64,000 nt of DNA, taken from Candidatus Uhrbacteria bacterium RIFCSPHIGHO2_02_FULL_46_47 (GTDB lineage: Bacteria > Patescibacteriota > Patescibacteriia > GWA2-47-26). Positions within the stretch are counted from its first letter, which is position 1, and each line of letters begins with the position of its first letter. Of the stretch, positions 30,501-38,925 are shown piece by piece. Made by a program: the position numbers and the translations under genes. The notes beneath the pieces were generated by a model. The model was not told the origin of the DNA. It ran no database searches and worked only from the letters and a program-made list of their open reading frames with translations. The stretch spans positions 788 through 64,787 of the forward strand of contig MGDU01000018.1 in the NCBI GenBank assembly GCA_001790815.1, read 5' to 3'.

Positions 30501-33500
30501 AACCGGGGAGGCCGGCCGAAGCGTGCCAGTCCACTGGCAAGGATATTGCGTGCCCGCGTCAGCGCAAAGCGCTTTTTTTGCCACGCTGTCCAAAAGCGGC
30601 ATATTGTCATCGCATTCTTCCCCGGCATCAACCCGGCCGTTTCCGCAAAGCGCGGCTGGTTGAGGCCCTTGACGCAAGCAAGTTGTGGAGCTGCACCACG
30701 GCGCGAAAGTTTCATCGGCTTGCTTTTCACATTCTTCTCCGCGATCCAACCGTTTATTTCCGCAAATCGGAATATCCGAGCGCGTACCTTCATGCAAGCA
30801 TTTGGAAGAACAGCCGTCCCCATCTTGCCGATTGCCATCATCACAGTCTTCGCCAATCCCTACTGTGCTGTTACCGCATATAGGAGTATTTGTCCCCTCA
30901 TTTAAACACTTGTCTGAACAGCCATCTCCATTTGTAAGATTGTTATCATCACAATCTTCAAACAAATCAATATTCCCATCACCACAGCGCAATGCAAAGT
31001 TTGATCCTTCATGCACACATGCGCTTGAACAGCCATCGCCGCTTATTATATTTCCATCATCACAATCTTCGCCCGGGTCAAGGGCGCCATTGCCGCAAGG
31101 CACGGACCAAACTTGCACATTGGCCTTATTGGTAACGGCCGCGGTATTGCCGCTATTGTTTACCATGGCTTTGCTAAATTGCGCGCCCATGCCGGCGTTT
31201 GTACAAACTCCGTCCGCGCAACTTGGCCAGTATGAAATAACGCGCGGCGGCTCAAATTCAACAGTCAAATCGCCTTGTCCGGTTTTATTTTCAGTCGTGG
31301 CTTGGATATGAACCGGGATTGGTTTTCCGGTTTGCTGATCTAGCTCAGTTTCCGCAATCGCGGTTGCGGTGGTGGTCCAGCCCATTTGCGTGCAATATCC
31401 GGAAACGCAAGCCGGAAGCGCGCCAATTGAGCAGTCCGCGTCAGTTGCACAAGCATGTCCAATATGAGGCGGACTTGCTCCCGGATTATAACTCACGGTG
31501 GCCTTGGCAGTATCAGTGCTTTGCCAGGCCCAAGCATAACTTCCGGGTTTTGGAATAACGCAAGGATCTCCGGCGGCAACCGGTACTGCCGAGTACTCAA
31601 TCATTTCATTTTCCGCGCGCGCGGTATATTTTTTCGGCACAACCGCAATGCCACCCACTTTGCAAAGATTGTCTTGCGCATTTGGCTCATTTTTAGTTTT
31701 GAACCTGAAACAGTAGGCCGCGCTGGCATCCCCACAACGCGCTGGCGCGTCTTTTAACACTTCCATGCCTTGCCCTTGACGGACTCCAATATCTTGCGCT
31801 TTAATGCCGCTTGCTCCGCCAATCAATGTTACGCGATACCAGGTATTGGGATCGAAATCAGAAGATGAATAATAGCGGAAGCCGATGTCGCCGGGATATT
31901 CATCAATAAGATTCGCATCTACCGTATTGGCTTCAACCGCGGTGCAAGGATCACCAGTGACTTGCACATCATCAACATACATAGCAAACAATTGCGCTGG
32001 ATCAGAATATTGCGCAATGGTAGCCGCGTCATTGGCTTGCGTCTTAGTTCCTTCGCGCAGATCATACGGCGCGCCTTCCATAAATACGCGCACAAATCCG
32101 GGGGCGGTATGCGCGTCAAAGGTAAGCGATACAGAAACCTGTCGCCAACTTTCTGTAAGCATGGTTTCTTGCGACGCTTTTTGCCACGCATTTGGCGTAT
32201 TTGCCGCAAGTGCAGAACCGTCCCGCTGAATCAAAATTCCGGCGCGCTTGCCAAATGCGGCCGCGTTTCCCGCGCGCACCCAAGCCGTGGCAGTATAGGT
32301 TTTGCCATTGGTGTTTTCAATTGCATTGGCTTGATATCCAAACCAGTGCTCATAATTTTGTTGAATACCAGTCTCATTTGCCCAGCCCGGTCCGGTATCA
32401 TCATCAAGCTTGGTCAGATGCAAAGCATACGTGTCAGTATCATTTGGATTGCGTCCTTCCCCTGGCGCGAGCACTGCGTCAAGCACTTGATTTTCCAATT
32501 GCGCGACAACATCAGTCGGATGCGGCGGATGCGCCCATTTTGCCGTTGTCCCGGCAAACGAAGAATCATTGCCCGTAAGCAGTTCTTGCGTACCAGTGCA
32601 CTTTTGCAATTTGATATTGGTAGCGTTAAGCGTGGCCGGCAAAACCGGCGTGTTAAAGGTTACTGCCACTGCGGCGTTGACGCAGACATTAACATCTTTA
32701 TTGCGTCCGGACTGCGCGGCCGGGCTGGGCGAAGGCGGAAATTCCGGATGATCTATGCCTCCGTCTTCAAATGTATCGCACTGCGCAATAACTTCCGGCA
32801 CAAGCGGCTTGGGAGAAGTGGAAAATTGCCAGCCATAGGCCGAAACAGGCGTTACAAAAGTTGGACACGGGCTGTTGCAACTGCCATCTAAACAGCATAT
32901 CAGCGAAGAGCCGCAATTAAGATACAAGGGGCCAACCGGCGCGCGGCAAGAGCCCACGGTAAATAAGAGCGGATTGGAATAGCGCGTAACGTCGTCAATA
33001 TCCTGCTCCACTATCACCGCTCCGGTGCGCGCCACATTTGGCGGGGTTGCGCTTGGATCATTAGGCAAAGCGGCGCAAGCTTTATTTCCGGACCAGCCGC
33101 TTAAGGGACAAGTATCATTCGGAACCCCGCCAATGTTGGTCGGAGTGGCGCGAGCGGAAACCCAAGATGCACTGCGTGCTCCAGTTACTGGATCAAATGC
33201 CACAGGAGGATCTGGTGAATCTTTGCGCGTAAAGAATAGCCCGCGATCCGCTATAACGCTATTTCCAAAATTCTCGCCATATACGCTTACACGACTCGTA
33301 AGCGGTCCGCCTGTGGGACGAATGCAAGCCAAAAACGGCCCGGGCGTGGTATTGGTAACTTCAAAGTCCTTTCCAGCGGATTGCTGGTCATAACGATAAA
33401 CTTGTACATTATATATTGTACCAATGCTAAGTCCTTGCGGCACTTTGACAGTAATAACATGCGGCGTCCACCAGGTCGTGCCGCATTGAGACGGAAAATT

Positions 33501-35603
33501 AACATCGGCCAATACTGCAACTCCACTGGTGGGATGCACAAAATAAACACTGCCGCACGGGGCACCGTTTGGCGCGCAAAGATCACCAAAATTATTTCCT
33601 AAAATTGAGATTCCCGTACCTACTCCTCCGGAAGGCGGGGTAATGCTTAAAATTTCCGGAAGTGTTCCTTTAAGCGGGGAAAGAACTTCATAAGGCAGGG
33701 CGTTTGAAGCAATGCCTTCCGTGTTCAACACCTGCACTCCAAAAGTTTCATAGTCAATCGGGATAACCGCGGTTTGCGCGCTAGTATCAGTCCAGTTGGC
33801 AACCCCTGCTCCGCCAAGTCCGCCAAACAAAACTGCACCAGGAGTTGCCCCAAACTGCGCGCCTCTAAGGGCAACCGCAGTTCCCCATCCGCCCCTGGCT
33901 TGATCCGCCGGAGGAGATTTTACTGAACACAGACCCGGACGCGCCGTATTATTTACCTCAAACGAGCCGTCTGCGACAATTGATCCTTGCGGAGGCGGAT
34001 GAAGCGGCACCACAGGTCCGCGCGTGTCATCTGTGGAGTCGCGGCAAAGTGAATCGTTTGCCGCGCACCCGGCAGTGGCAAGAGTAATTGGCCCGGTTAC
34101 CGCGCTCTCAGGCAAGCCAGGCAAGCCAACCAGCACAGAATTATCTGTCCAGGTATTTTCTCCAGCGCAGGCCTGTGGAGCAGAAGCCACCTTATCATCT
34201 TCCGGCGCGGAAGTGCCTTTAAATACCACGGTTCCGGCTTGGGATCCAAAACTATATCCGGCCAGCGCCACAAATGTGCCTGGCCGTCCATCACCCGGGG
34301 ACACGCCGGTAATTTTGGTGGGTTCAGCGCATATGCCATTGATGCAAGCTCCGCCGGAGCACTGAATATTTTGAGTGCAGGACGCTCCATTGCAAAGCCC
34401 GCATCCTGAAGGACCATTCACTTGACTGTCGCAATCCACCTGATCTTCATCATCATCTTTAATATCATTGAAACAGTGCAAAGGCCGCACCATTACCGCC
34501 ACTGGTGCTGACAGCGTATTATTATCATCCACATCATACGCCCTGGCCGTGAGCCGACGCGCTTTGGGAGCTGGAGGCGGCGGATACCAGCAAGGAATTT
34601 CCAGCACAGTATCAGTAGGGGTTGTGTCATTGGAAGGCATGATGCTCCCACCCGTTATCAATTGTCCATCCATGTAAAATTTGACCAACGAAACTCCGCC
34701 ATCATCAGTCACTTTTGCCTGCACTCGCACACACGTACCAACTGCCACTGGCTCGCCTTCATCCGGATATTCCAGGGTTACAGTTGGTGGCGCTACATCA
34801 ACCAAAGATCCGCTATGAAAAGCGCCAGTGCATGAGGGCGCGAGCCCGCCGCAAATCAGTTTTTTGCCGTCAGCGCTTAACAGTTTTTCTTTGGCTTCTA
34901 CAGTAAAGTCAGTTTCGGCGTCAAAACACTTGCGATCAGTGTTTGGCGCCGGACATGCCGTGCGCGGCCGCAGTTCAATAGTATAGTCATTTACAATTGG
35001 ATCCGTTTCCACCAGCACTCCTTCATCTCCATCACTTGCTTTGCGGCGCACTTCTATAGTTGAACGTATATTTTCAAGGTCGCCAGTTGGTTTTTTGCTC
35101 AAAGTTACGCGCACTACAATATTGCGTATCGTGCTTGCGCCGCGCGGCGTAATTCCTTTGACAATAAAAGCGTCTTTTGGCAAACCTTCGGGACAATCCG
35201 GGCCAAGACAAGGAGTAGCAATTATGACTTCCCTCGGACCGCGCGTTGCTTCAATCAGTTTATTGATAACAAATTGTGTAATGGCAAATGAGGTTAAGAT
35301 AATAATCAACCCGATAATGGCATTGCGCAGAACTTTTTTTGCTTTTTCAATTGTTTCTTCATTGCCAGCCGCGGTCATCCACAAAAATCCACCGTAGATA
35401 ATTAGCGTTAGCACGACAATGCCAAGAAAACCGAGCGCCACTCGAATAATCCGCGCCGCAATCAGACGCGGGTCAGCCGCCGTCAAAGCCAGCCCCTCCA
35501 CTTCGGCAGAAACCTGAGCAAAACTTGTATATGCTAAAAGCAAGCCCAGTAGTGTAGCTGCGCTTATTATCCAACCTCTCAATTTTTTCATGAGTTTTGC
35601 CAT
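21576..35603 (-). CDS. giant (4675 aa) cell-surface protein. Signal peptide plus TrbC/VirB2-like two-helix N-terminal anchor, IPT/TIG-like domains, and at least 15 'Myxococcus cysteine-rich repeat' units (CGNG..E.GEECDDGN…DGCS..C)
   Basis: Single 14-kb ORF; repeats read from the translation. Confidence 0.9.
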   Translation of the reverse strand: MAKLMKKLRGWIISAATLLGLLLAYTSFAQVSAEVEGLALTAADPRLIAARIIRVALGFLGIVVLTLIIYGGFLWMTAAGNEETIEKAKKVLRNAIIGLIIILTSFAITQFVINKLIEATRGPREVIIATPCLGPDCPEGLPKDAFIVKGITPRGASTIRNIVVRVTLSKKPTGDLENIRSTIEVRRKASDGDEGVLVETDPIVNDYTIELRPRTACPAPNTDRKCFDAETDFTVEAKEKLLSADGKKLICGGLAPSCTGAFHSGSLVDVAPPTVTLEYPDEGEPVAVGTCVRVQAKVTDDGGVSLVKFYMDGQLITGGSIMPSNDTTPTDTVLEIPCWYPPPPAPKARRLTARAYDVDDNNTLSAPVAVMVRPLHCFNDIKDDDEDQVDCDSQVNGPSGCGLCNGASCTQNIQCSGGACINGICAEPTKITGVSPGDGRPGTFVALAGYSFGSQAGTVVFKGTSAPEDDKVASAPQACAGENTWTDNSVLVGLPGLPESAVTGPITLATAGCAANDSLCRDSTDDTRGPVVPLHPPPQGSIVADGSFEVNNTARPGLCSVKSPPADQARGGWGTAVALRGAQFGATPGAVLFGGLGGAGVANWTDTSAQTAVIPIDYETFGVQVLNTEGIASNALPYEVLSPLKGTLPEILSITPPSGGVGTGISILGNNFGDLCAPNGAPCGSVYFVHPTSGVAVLADVNFPSQCGTTWWTPHVITVKVPQGLSIGTIYNVQVYRYDQQSAGKDFEVTNTTPGPFLACIRPTGGPLTSRVSVYGENFGNSVIADRGLFFTRKDSPDPPVAFDPVTGARSASWVSARATPTNIGGVPNDTCPLSGWSGNKACAALPNDPSATPPNVARTGAVIVEQDIDDVTRYSNPLLFTVGSCRAPVGPLYLNCGSSLICCLDGSCNSPCPTFVTPVSAYGWQFSTSPKPLVPEVIAQCDTFEDGGIDHPEFPPSPSPAAQSGRNKDVNVCVNAAVAVTFNTPVLPATLNATNIKLQKCTGTQELLTGNDSSFAGTTAKWAHPPHPTDVVAQLENQVLDAVLAPGEGRNPNDTDTYALHLTKLDDDTGPGWANETGIQQNYEHWFGYQANAIENTNGKTYTATAWVRAGNAAAFGKRAGILIQRDGSALAANTPNAWQKASQETMLTESWRQVSVSLTFDAHTAPGFVRVFMEGAPYDLREGTKTQANDAATIAQYSDPAQLFAMYVDDVQVTGDPCTAVEANTVDANLIDEYPGDIGFRYYSSSDFDPNTWYRVTLIGGASGIKAQDIGVRQGQGMEVLKDAPARCGDASAAYCFRFKTKNEPNAQDNLCKVGGIAVVPKKYTARAENEMIEYSAVPVAAGDPCVIPKPGSYAWAWQSTDTAKATVSYNPGASPPHIGHACATDADCSIGALPACVSGYCTQMGWTTTATAIAETELDQQTGKPIPVHIQATTENKTGQGDLTVEFEPPRVISYWPSCADGVCTNAGMGAQFSKAMVNNSGNTAAVTNKANVQVWSVPCGNGALDPGEDCDDGNIISGDGCSSACVHEGSNFALRCGDGNIDLFEDCDDNNLTNGDGCSDKCLNEGTNTPICGNSTVGIGEDCDDGNRQDGDGCSSKCLHEGTRSDIPICGNKRLDRGEECEKQADETFAPWCSSTTCLRQGPQPAALCGNGRVDAGEECDDNMPLLDSVAKKALCADAGTQYPCQWTGTLRPASPVGQGCGNRKIEIGEDCDDGNLQPGDGCDGACRNEGSSPGTIPACGNGGTADAGEDCDDGNTVSGDGCSSKCLNEGRPSATCGNGGKPEIGEDCDDRNTTNNDGCSSICANEGTAAPVCGNGALDNGEDCDDKNVANGDGCSNVCKNEGRPAESVNSNDLILTWDTNTNAVSIDAGMLNPNTNYRVLLRGADNPATTVQVEGLHGLASGGALGKTLSNLNFIYNWEVSGAPHEEGVRCSLLPSAPVDERCNTFSWTFKTKDLPCGVDRVEVNPAQASLYVIGARQPYSSQPYGPPDSCSPQGQKLNQFIYNWSWDTQDQVIATIVNQPGVNTIPSCGDGISEQGEDCDDGNTFADDGCDEFCLNEGSDFEFACGEGDDPDVVEECEKTSLEYETPWCSNNCLHRGSTPCPLGATTNCCGNEIVESGEDCDDGNNLASDGCSPICLNEGTSRATGQCGNGTVDHPQNNPELGGEECDPNETTGIRKYFCNPETCLLRGTLPQPKCGNGIIETGEECDEASKDCGGHPVRQPCAIGNVGDGCSADCLHEGSPRTCGNGKLDKGEDCDDGNAASGDSCSSACLNEGTKAEAGPVSPATLPETPPRRDPFQQARAEGIKKFCRSDTTPDFQETVGGQLVSCTSNTNCTTAGFGICAPTNPWSTTDVQATAGGKTGASPLTVYCVAKTDKDCPVPNGSASPTIGRGSDNCCYNRPTVTARTPTIGEVCRNALIRATFSQPMDQESLSGNFILARQYEDKCPAGTAEVRDNGQIISPNILRNSSFEQETPLAWTLEKDQTANAADNISRRELSSADQIAGTYAISAEMVETDVLAIEQDKAPPDGPSVTATQTVTLPANTSYTLSAKVRVISMGTVTESPIGIGLYKERTGADPYLRFARGPLTQTSGWVNVSGTFTTVEAGEYVVFVAIVGGETEALFDQVELRKVVITQAKSTHIFARAWRWIVELFKRLTPSARAQNPVWCVESDIELTTTAAQNGQAVILQPSKMLGDKDDPVTYRVGIAGDKFTATGEVVKGGLRSQAGVGFNGGAFGLDMSWEFTTGKDICTLDEVEVIVVPPDTAALTATAQTADVEATAYTSATRTATQSHERQPIYPVPGYSWAWSWGSSELETVTATNRTEQRCGGKPYGATTGCSATNPLSPVTLPEQTVTAGTKDGTAQVNATATITEDFVRPESIIQPGICREISGALKCANNSSRTCVTDQDCGEQAGQTRVGFAEFSLFRCDNPWPADATTTYYLIDNEEYGTAPVIDAHILGTERPLNFRTHYCRDGATLLPELSYPPPVLIPLITGLFPKPKNAYYIASSHDNPAPQTLKEILLTAKSFTQGVSVPNGVRQPANDIRENNGSFPDYTFNFPEPGDYEIAVETSNYDHNNDPKDDDLSNLAAVLEAKNIPDAVRAALRNRSDDVKELTGAYYHRIQISLDGAVKGFVVNQAGSETKRNDGRLILRGVSKGDHAVKLTWTNEDETWTNEDKLPSAQLIVDGTTYAEGSIWDPNLKIHKVTLRRGRVKDDAIGIRVLSNPERLPLAAWYNRMGFGGTPSPTPAPIDGYQALQEGNTIYIAATNATTDTTTSPPTKKVFDNVYLISLSEGAPANLKVVFDELIENLKFNVNLENLKTCEKNFCANNPTQDCEDNNDDDCETDGVDGLCVQKSCVKDLDCATGETVVCRSDREKLARDIIRIQQVTAMQAALAGYKARTGRYPTLEAGTFIRSLSTSKWPSWNATFGSALGAPLPQDPIDRFGAPCVSGPTEKGTYNPATCWNEQMQKYICPKGSHIYQYQSLGGVGYKLSSAFELVEKVENETMAWDVYGWDPSTGEQEVDTSGGCEVEAAGTTWSNATAVCGNRIIELPESGNLIIEPPEICELGTENTAVVNFAPGGEKRCTGNPSVTCPTLAENTPCPLDGDGNSQGLCQKLTSCTARRECKSDCSNWNDWPGGTVDAADCSPGGTFCGNGLREDIDLNNDGDTNDSGEHEVCDDGLLNGNYGKCNATCTGLAAHCGDGIKTGAEVCDRQTYNFATETFSTAGTAAAPSTACVNGDYGCCKFDCGGPAQHCGDTFVNGTEQCELGNTGRSAGRCRIVSSGALTATPCTSNAQCDPGQTCAICGPAGTLGGLTTTLTIQQKQPEEDVALDTFEIFLDGSSIGIGTAGYQDEPKTFTLPLGTHSVIIKYKNGYNQGHYQLVWGSGVSFRRTPIIHTSAGATGGSSLYGPAAGTADDYTVGRLHMPQALPVGTILFGHCSISTTLCARDADCPLAGETCTGRSATNGCQLPNGDNGTTAWCARTHSTDPGYIQYDISVSTTSAPTFIGGYSTAFERTCTSGCTWGASGGWSSSCVQTGERCGDGTTNGTEQCDDGQQNTADANNNSTPDGDEDGCLNNCTRAQCGDGKNQIKVCTTGTDAQKGRPCTTNEQCGTGGVCQDPEDCDLGAQNGVPCTPQYGGNCTYCDNQCNAITRTGGFCGNTIYEPPSEQCEGTQGLSYTAGIVGAPKYVCKGTVGTNEYFGNFATVADVDAWVEGNAVAVRHTPGYNSTYTMRIDPSANAGEVRYRFPDTDGKTYVASAWVNTDQTTGSQGVRLIMDREGAPNDTEYKYPPDSSPNSYFQLDHDPNTWQYIELTAAYDAGPNRAYDGWLRIRVENYDDDIHVDQVRLRPGPPTCTANNCTQACRGGSFCQNKLKQCSGGNNPTANCTEPSTVCTGGTCTENNFDRENILQGSVSYKSQPTSAVTNLSSGQYAGDRVSDTCDNDQDNDNYPASTDCNDNNAKVNPDATELCNNAVDEDCNSATDCVAVTLQVSDYSDSNDTFCVYLDDQLIDFAYGGNAKQTSVTSLLPGQYDLEILFHHSDGFIHTHTTTLAGGLVVSIPHQHSPNGDHSGTYRFQKSSNISFVSPNWILHRSSGSSLSTQTGTAANNVHTGTLHDEARKADAVETGSKTAVCSDSNGTIYKGLDDAGSVTYKINVTP

Positions 35604-35605
35604 TG

Positions 35606-35685
35606 CTATATTGCTATATTGCTATATTGTTTCCGTACCTTCCATATAACAATATAACAGTATAACAATTTAACAATATCTCTAG
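35606..35685. repeat. intergenic hairpin of tandem 'gctatatt' units (gctatattgctatattgctatattg … caatataacagtataacaatttaacaatat)
   Basis: Read directly. Confidence 0.65.
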
Positions 35686-37808
35686 AATCCACACGCTGCC
35701 CCTTGCGCCACGCCATTGCAACAATATGGAAGCGCAACTGTAGTTGCGCAGGAAACTGTAGCGCTTCCCGACACTATTCCATCCGCGCCGGCTGGATAAT
35801 AACAATTTTGATATAAGTCCCGCACTCTGGAAGTTGCTTCATTTGCGTAAGCGGTTTTTTCCCAAAGCCCGCCATGGACAATTCGCGCTAAAGTCCAGCC
35901 ATCCGGATGCGGATGAGCCGCATCTGCTTGCAGATTTTCACCTTGGAGTGTCCACCAACTGTCCCAAAATCCGCCGGTTATCTCATCAGTGCCGGAAAGC
36001 AAGATATTCGCGCTTGAAAAAGTTGTCATGGCCATGAAACGGTCAAAAGTCATTTCAATGGGATTGACAAGCGAGGCGCCGGAGGTCGCGTCGGAATAAG
36101 TAGTAACTGGGGCGGTTTGCTCAATAATCGCTGAACCCAAAAGAATCGTATTGCTGGTAGAAAACGCAAAACGCGCGTTATCGCCGGGCGGCACTACTGC
36201 GGGAGCATATACAATATTCATGTCATAATATGCGGCCGGCCCTTGCGCTGTCCCATTGCTATTTCCATCTAAAGAATTGCCGGCAATATCTTCAATGCCA
36301 TCAAACCGTCCAGCGGACGCGGGGTCGTTCCCGCCCGGTTGAGCCAAAGTAGCGGCCAGCACTCGCGTTTCAATCCTACTGCTTGCCGGCAAACAAAATA
36401 CGTCTTCTCCGCAAGAATTTTGTCCGCAAAGATCAGCACTTATAAACTCAGAGGTGCGATATTGATTGCCCAACCGCCAAGCGCCGGCAAGAAATTCGGA
36501 GGTGTCCGCGCTAAAGACCTGCATCACCCTATAGGAACCAGGCTGAATGCTCAGCCCTGCGGTGGGCCGCGTTCCTGAAACCACCGTGGTGCTACCGGAG
36601 GCCACGGTCGGAAGCACGCCCTCATTAAAATTCACTTGCAACATGGAATTGCGCGGACGGTTTTCCGCGCCCGGAGTTGGAATCACGCTTTGAATGCGTG
36701 GCGGCGTTACATCTAAAAATGTTCCGGTGGTAAATGGCCACTGATAATCCTTAAAGCGCCCTTGAAACGCGGAGGTCTGAGTGGATAAAAGCTTAATGCC
36801 ATTACTTGCGCAATTGCCGCGGCTTGGAAAGGTGCCGCAAAGATATACTTGATATAAAACATCGTCTTTGGGATCGCCAAACAGCGCGCGATGCGTCCGA
36901 TTTGCCCGTTCAACCGGAGCTAGTACAAACGTGCGCAAATCTTGAGTAAAGCTAACCAGCACATCTATATTGCTGGCGTTGCTTCCCAGATATTTTGTCC
37001 CATCGCTTGCGCGCACAGTGCTGGCATTCATGTCCGTGGATTTGATAATCTGAATCGCGCTGGGTATTCCGTCGTTTCCTTCTCGTTTAAGGCGCAGAGC
37101 CGACACTGGGATTCCGCCGATATCCAGAGTGGGAAAATGATAAGCGCCATCTTCGCTTTGCGTAAAAATTTCGGTTCCCTCCGTCGCCTCTGGCACAAGT
37201 TCTGCCAAACTTTCCGGATCAATCTTTTCTTTGAATGTAATAATGATACGCGTGTTGCGCGCGACATTTTCAGCGCCGCGAGGCGGGTAATGACTTTCAA
37301 TTATTCCAGAGCCCAACGCTCCTCCGCCCAGCCGCGGCGGAGCCGCGGAAGGAGAAGGAAGCGGTGGCACTCCCTGATCAGCCAAAAGTTTATTTATTAT
37401 GAATTGAGTAATGGCAAAAGCAGAAAGAATAATCGCCAAACCAATCGTGGCATTAATAAGTACTTTTTTGGCTTTGGCAATGGTTTCTTCATTTCCCGCG
37501 GAAGTCATCCAAAGATATCCGCCGTATAGAATAAGCACAAGCGCCACCATGCCTAAAAATCCTAAGGCAACGCGAATAATTTTTGCCACAATAATGCGCG
37601 GATCAGTTGTAGGCAAGGCCAGCCCGGCAAGGCCTGGAACCTCGGCAATTTGTGTTATCGGAACTGCGCCCGGCGCAGGAAGAGCTTGCGGGGCAGGAGG
37701 CGGCGGCGGAGGGGCAATCTGTTGTGCAAAAACAAAAATTGGGACAACCAAAAATATGGCAAGTCCCAATATGATGAAAAAATACCTTTTTTTAGCTAAG
37801 CTTCGCAT
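35682..37808 (-). CDS. 708-aa surface protein paralogous at its N-terminus (about 85% identity over 80 aa) to the giant protein; C-terminal Cys cluster
   Basis: DPRIIVAKIIRVALGFLGMVALVLILYGGYLWMTSAGNEETIAKAKKVL… versus the giant protein N-terminus. Confidence 0.85.
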   Translation of the reverse strand: MRSLAKKRYFFIILGLAIFLVVPIFVFAQQIAPPPPPPAPQALPAPGAVPITQIAEVPGLAGLALPTTDPRIIVAKIIRVALGFLGMVALVLILYGGYLWMTSAGNEETIAKAKKVLINATIGLAIILSAFAITQFIINKLLADQGVPPLPSPSAAPPRLGGGALGSGIIESHYPPRGAENVARNTRIIITFKEKIDPESLAELVPEATEGTEIFTQSEDGAYHFPTLDIGGIPVSALRLKREGNDGIPSAIQIIKSTDMNASTVRASDGTKYLGSNASNIDVLVSFTQDLRTFVLAPVERANRTHRALFGDPKDDVLYQVYLCGTFPSRGNCASNGIKLLSTQTSAFQGRFKDYQWPFTTGTFLDVTPPRIQSVIPTPGAENRPRNSMLQVNFNEGVLPTVASGSTTVVSGTRPTAGLSIQPGSYRVMQVFSADTSEFLAGAWRLGNQYRTSEFISADLCGQNSCGEDVFCLPASSRIETRVLAATLAQPGGNDPASAGRFDGIEDIAGNSLDGNSNGTAQGPAAYYDMNIVYAPAVVPPGDNARFAFSTSNTILLGSAIIEQTAPVTTYSDATSGASLVNPIEMTFDRFMAMTTFSSANILLSGTDEITGGFWDSWWTLQGENLQADAAHPHPDGWTLARIVHGGLWEKTAYANEATSRVRDLYQNCYYPAGADGIVSGSATVSCATTVALPYCCNGVAQGAACGF

Positions 37809-37876
37809 GGGGAAGGGTTACTGCATCTATCATACACCACCTTGGTTGTGGGTTTCAAGAGTGCTTGCAAAAAAAA

Positions 37877-37906
37877 CCACCCTTTTAGGGTGATTTTGTC
37901 TTTACC
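37877..37906 (-). terminator. rho-independent terminator after yqeY (caccctaaaagggtg followed by a U8 run on the minus strand)
   Basis: Read directly. Confidence 0.55.
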
Positions 37907-37918
37907 ACTTTTATATAA

Positions 37919-38401
37919 CTAGCCCAATAGCTCTTTTACGATCTTGCTCACTACCGTCCCATCGGCTTGGCCTTTGGTTTCTTTCATGACCGCGCCCATT
38001 ACTTTGCCGAAGTCAGACGGCGCCACCTTTCCCATTTTGGCAATCACGCCCTTGGCTATTTCGCGCACTTTTCCCTCTTCCATTTGCGCCGGCAGATATT
38101 TTTTCAACACCACAAGCTCGGCCTGATTTTGCGCGACTAGATCCTCCCGTCCACCTTGCTTAAACAATTCTCCTGCTTCTTCAGTTTGTTTCACTTGTCT
38201 TTTTACAATGGCCAGCGCCTCATCATCAGTCAGTTTTGCCTCGCGATTACTGGTTTTCGCGCGCTTTTCAATTTCCGCATTTTGCACCGCGGTCTTTACC
38301 CCACGCAAAACCTCAATCGTAATTTTATCTCCACCCCGAAAAGCCTTCTTGTAATCTTCGTCTATTGTTTGCATCAATCCCATATTTTTATTTTCCCTCA
38401 C
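37919..38401 (-). CDS. yqeY: GatB/YqeY-domain protein
   Basis: YqeY pattern; conserved rpsU-yqeY neighbourhood. Confidence 0.8.
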   Translation of the reverse strand: MRENKNMGLMQTIDEDYKKAFRGGDKITIEVLRGVKTAVQNAEIEKRAKTSNREAKLTDDEALAIVKRQVKQTEEAGELFKQGGREDLVAQNQAELVVLKKYLPAQMEEGKVREIAKGVIAKMGKVAPSDFGKVMGAVMKETKGQADGTVVSKIVKELLG

Positions 38402-38409
38402 GAAGGCGC

Positions 38410-38638
38410 GGGCATATTACTAACACCGAATTCAGACCACCGAAGGGCATGCCCGCAAAGAAAACCCTGGCGTAGCCGAGCATTGCATTATTGATTTCTG
38501 TTTAAGTGGTGTTGCGAGGCGAGCCGGAGCGCGGCGGAAATAATTTTGCCCAACCTTGCGGTAGCGCCGACGCGAGTTTTCGTGCGGGCTGCCCGAGGTG
38601 GTCGCATATCGTGAAATGCCGTATGCCGACGCCAACAC
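38410..38638 (-). ncRNA. candidate structured RNA / GC-rich conserved leader between rpsU and yqeY (about 60% GC; terminal pairing GGTGTTGGCG…CGCAACACC)
   Basis: Compositional and secondary-structure impression only. Confidence 0.2.
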
Positions 38639-38639
38639 C

Positions 38640-38882
38640 TTACCTCCGCCCTCTCTTCATCGTCTCCTCCGGCAATTTTCCAAGCTTTTTTAATTTATCG
38701 TACTCGCGCTGAAGTTCCACGCGCCTAAGCGCTGATTTTTTAAGTTCAGTCTCGTTTTTCTTTCCGGCATGAAACCGAATTTTCTTGGCATGACGGATTT
38801 TTCCGGAAAGCTGAAGCCGACGGCTAAAACGCCTAAGCATGCTTTCAAATGATTCTCCGCGTCTTCGTTTTACTTCTACCAT
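38640..38882 (-). CDS. rpsU: 30S ribosomal protein S21
   Basis: MVEVKRRRGESFESMLRRFSRR…. Confidence 0.9.
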   Translation of the reverse strand: MVEVKRRRGESFESMLRRFSRRLQLSGKIRHAKKIRFHAGKKNETELKKSALRRVELQREYDKLKKLGKLPEETMKRGRR

Positions 38883-38925
38883 ATTCCACACTCCTTTCTA
38901 TAATATTATAGTTATAATACCGCAT

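Noticed and set aside
21620-35397. Dozens of 60-300-aa ORFs on both strands inside 21576..35603
   Set aside because: They are internal to the single 14-kb giant ORF, and they show biased antisense or alternate-frame composition and no start context.
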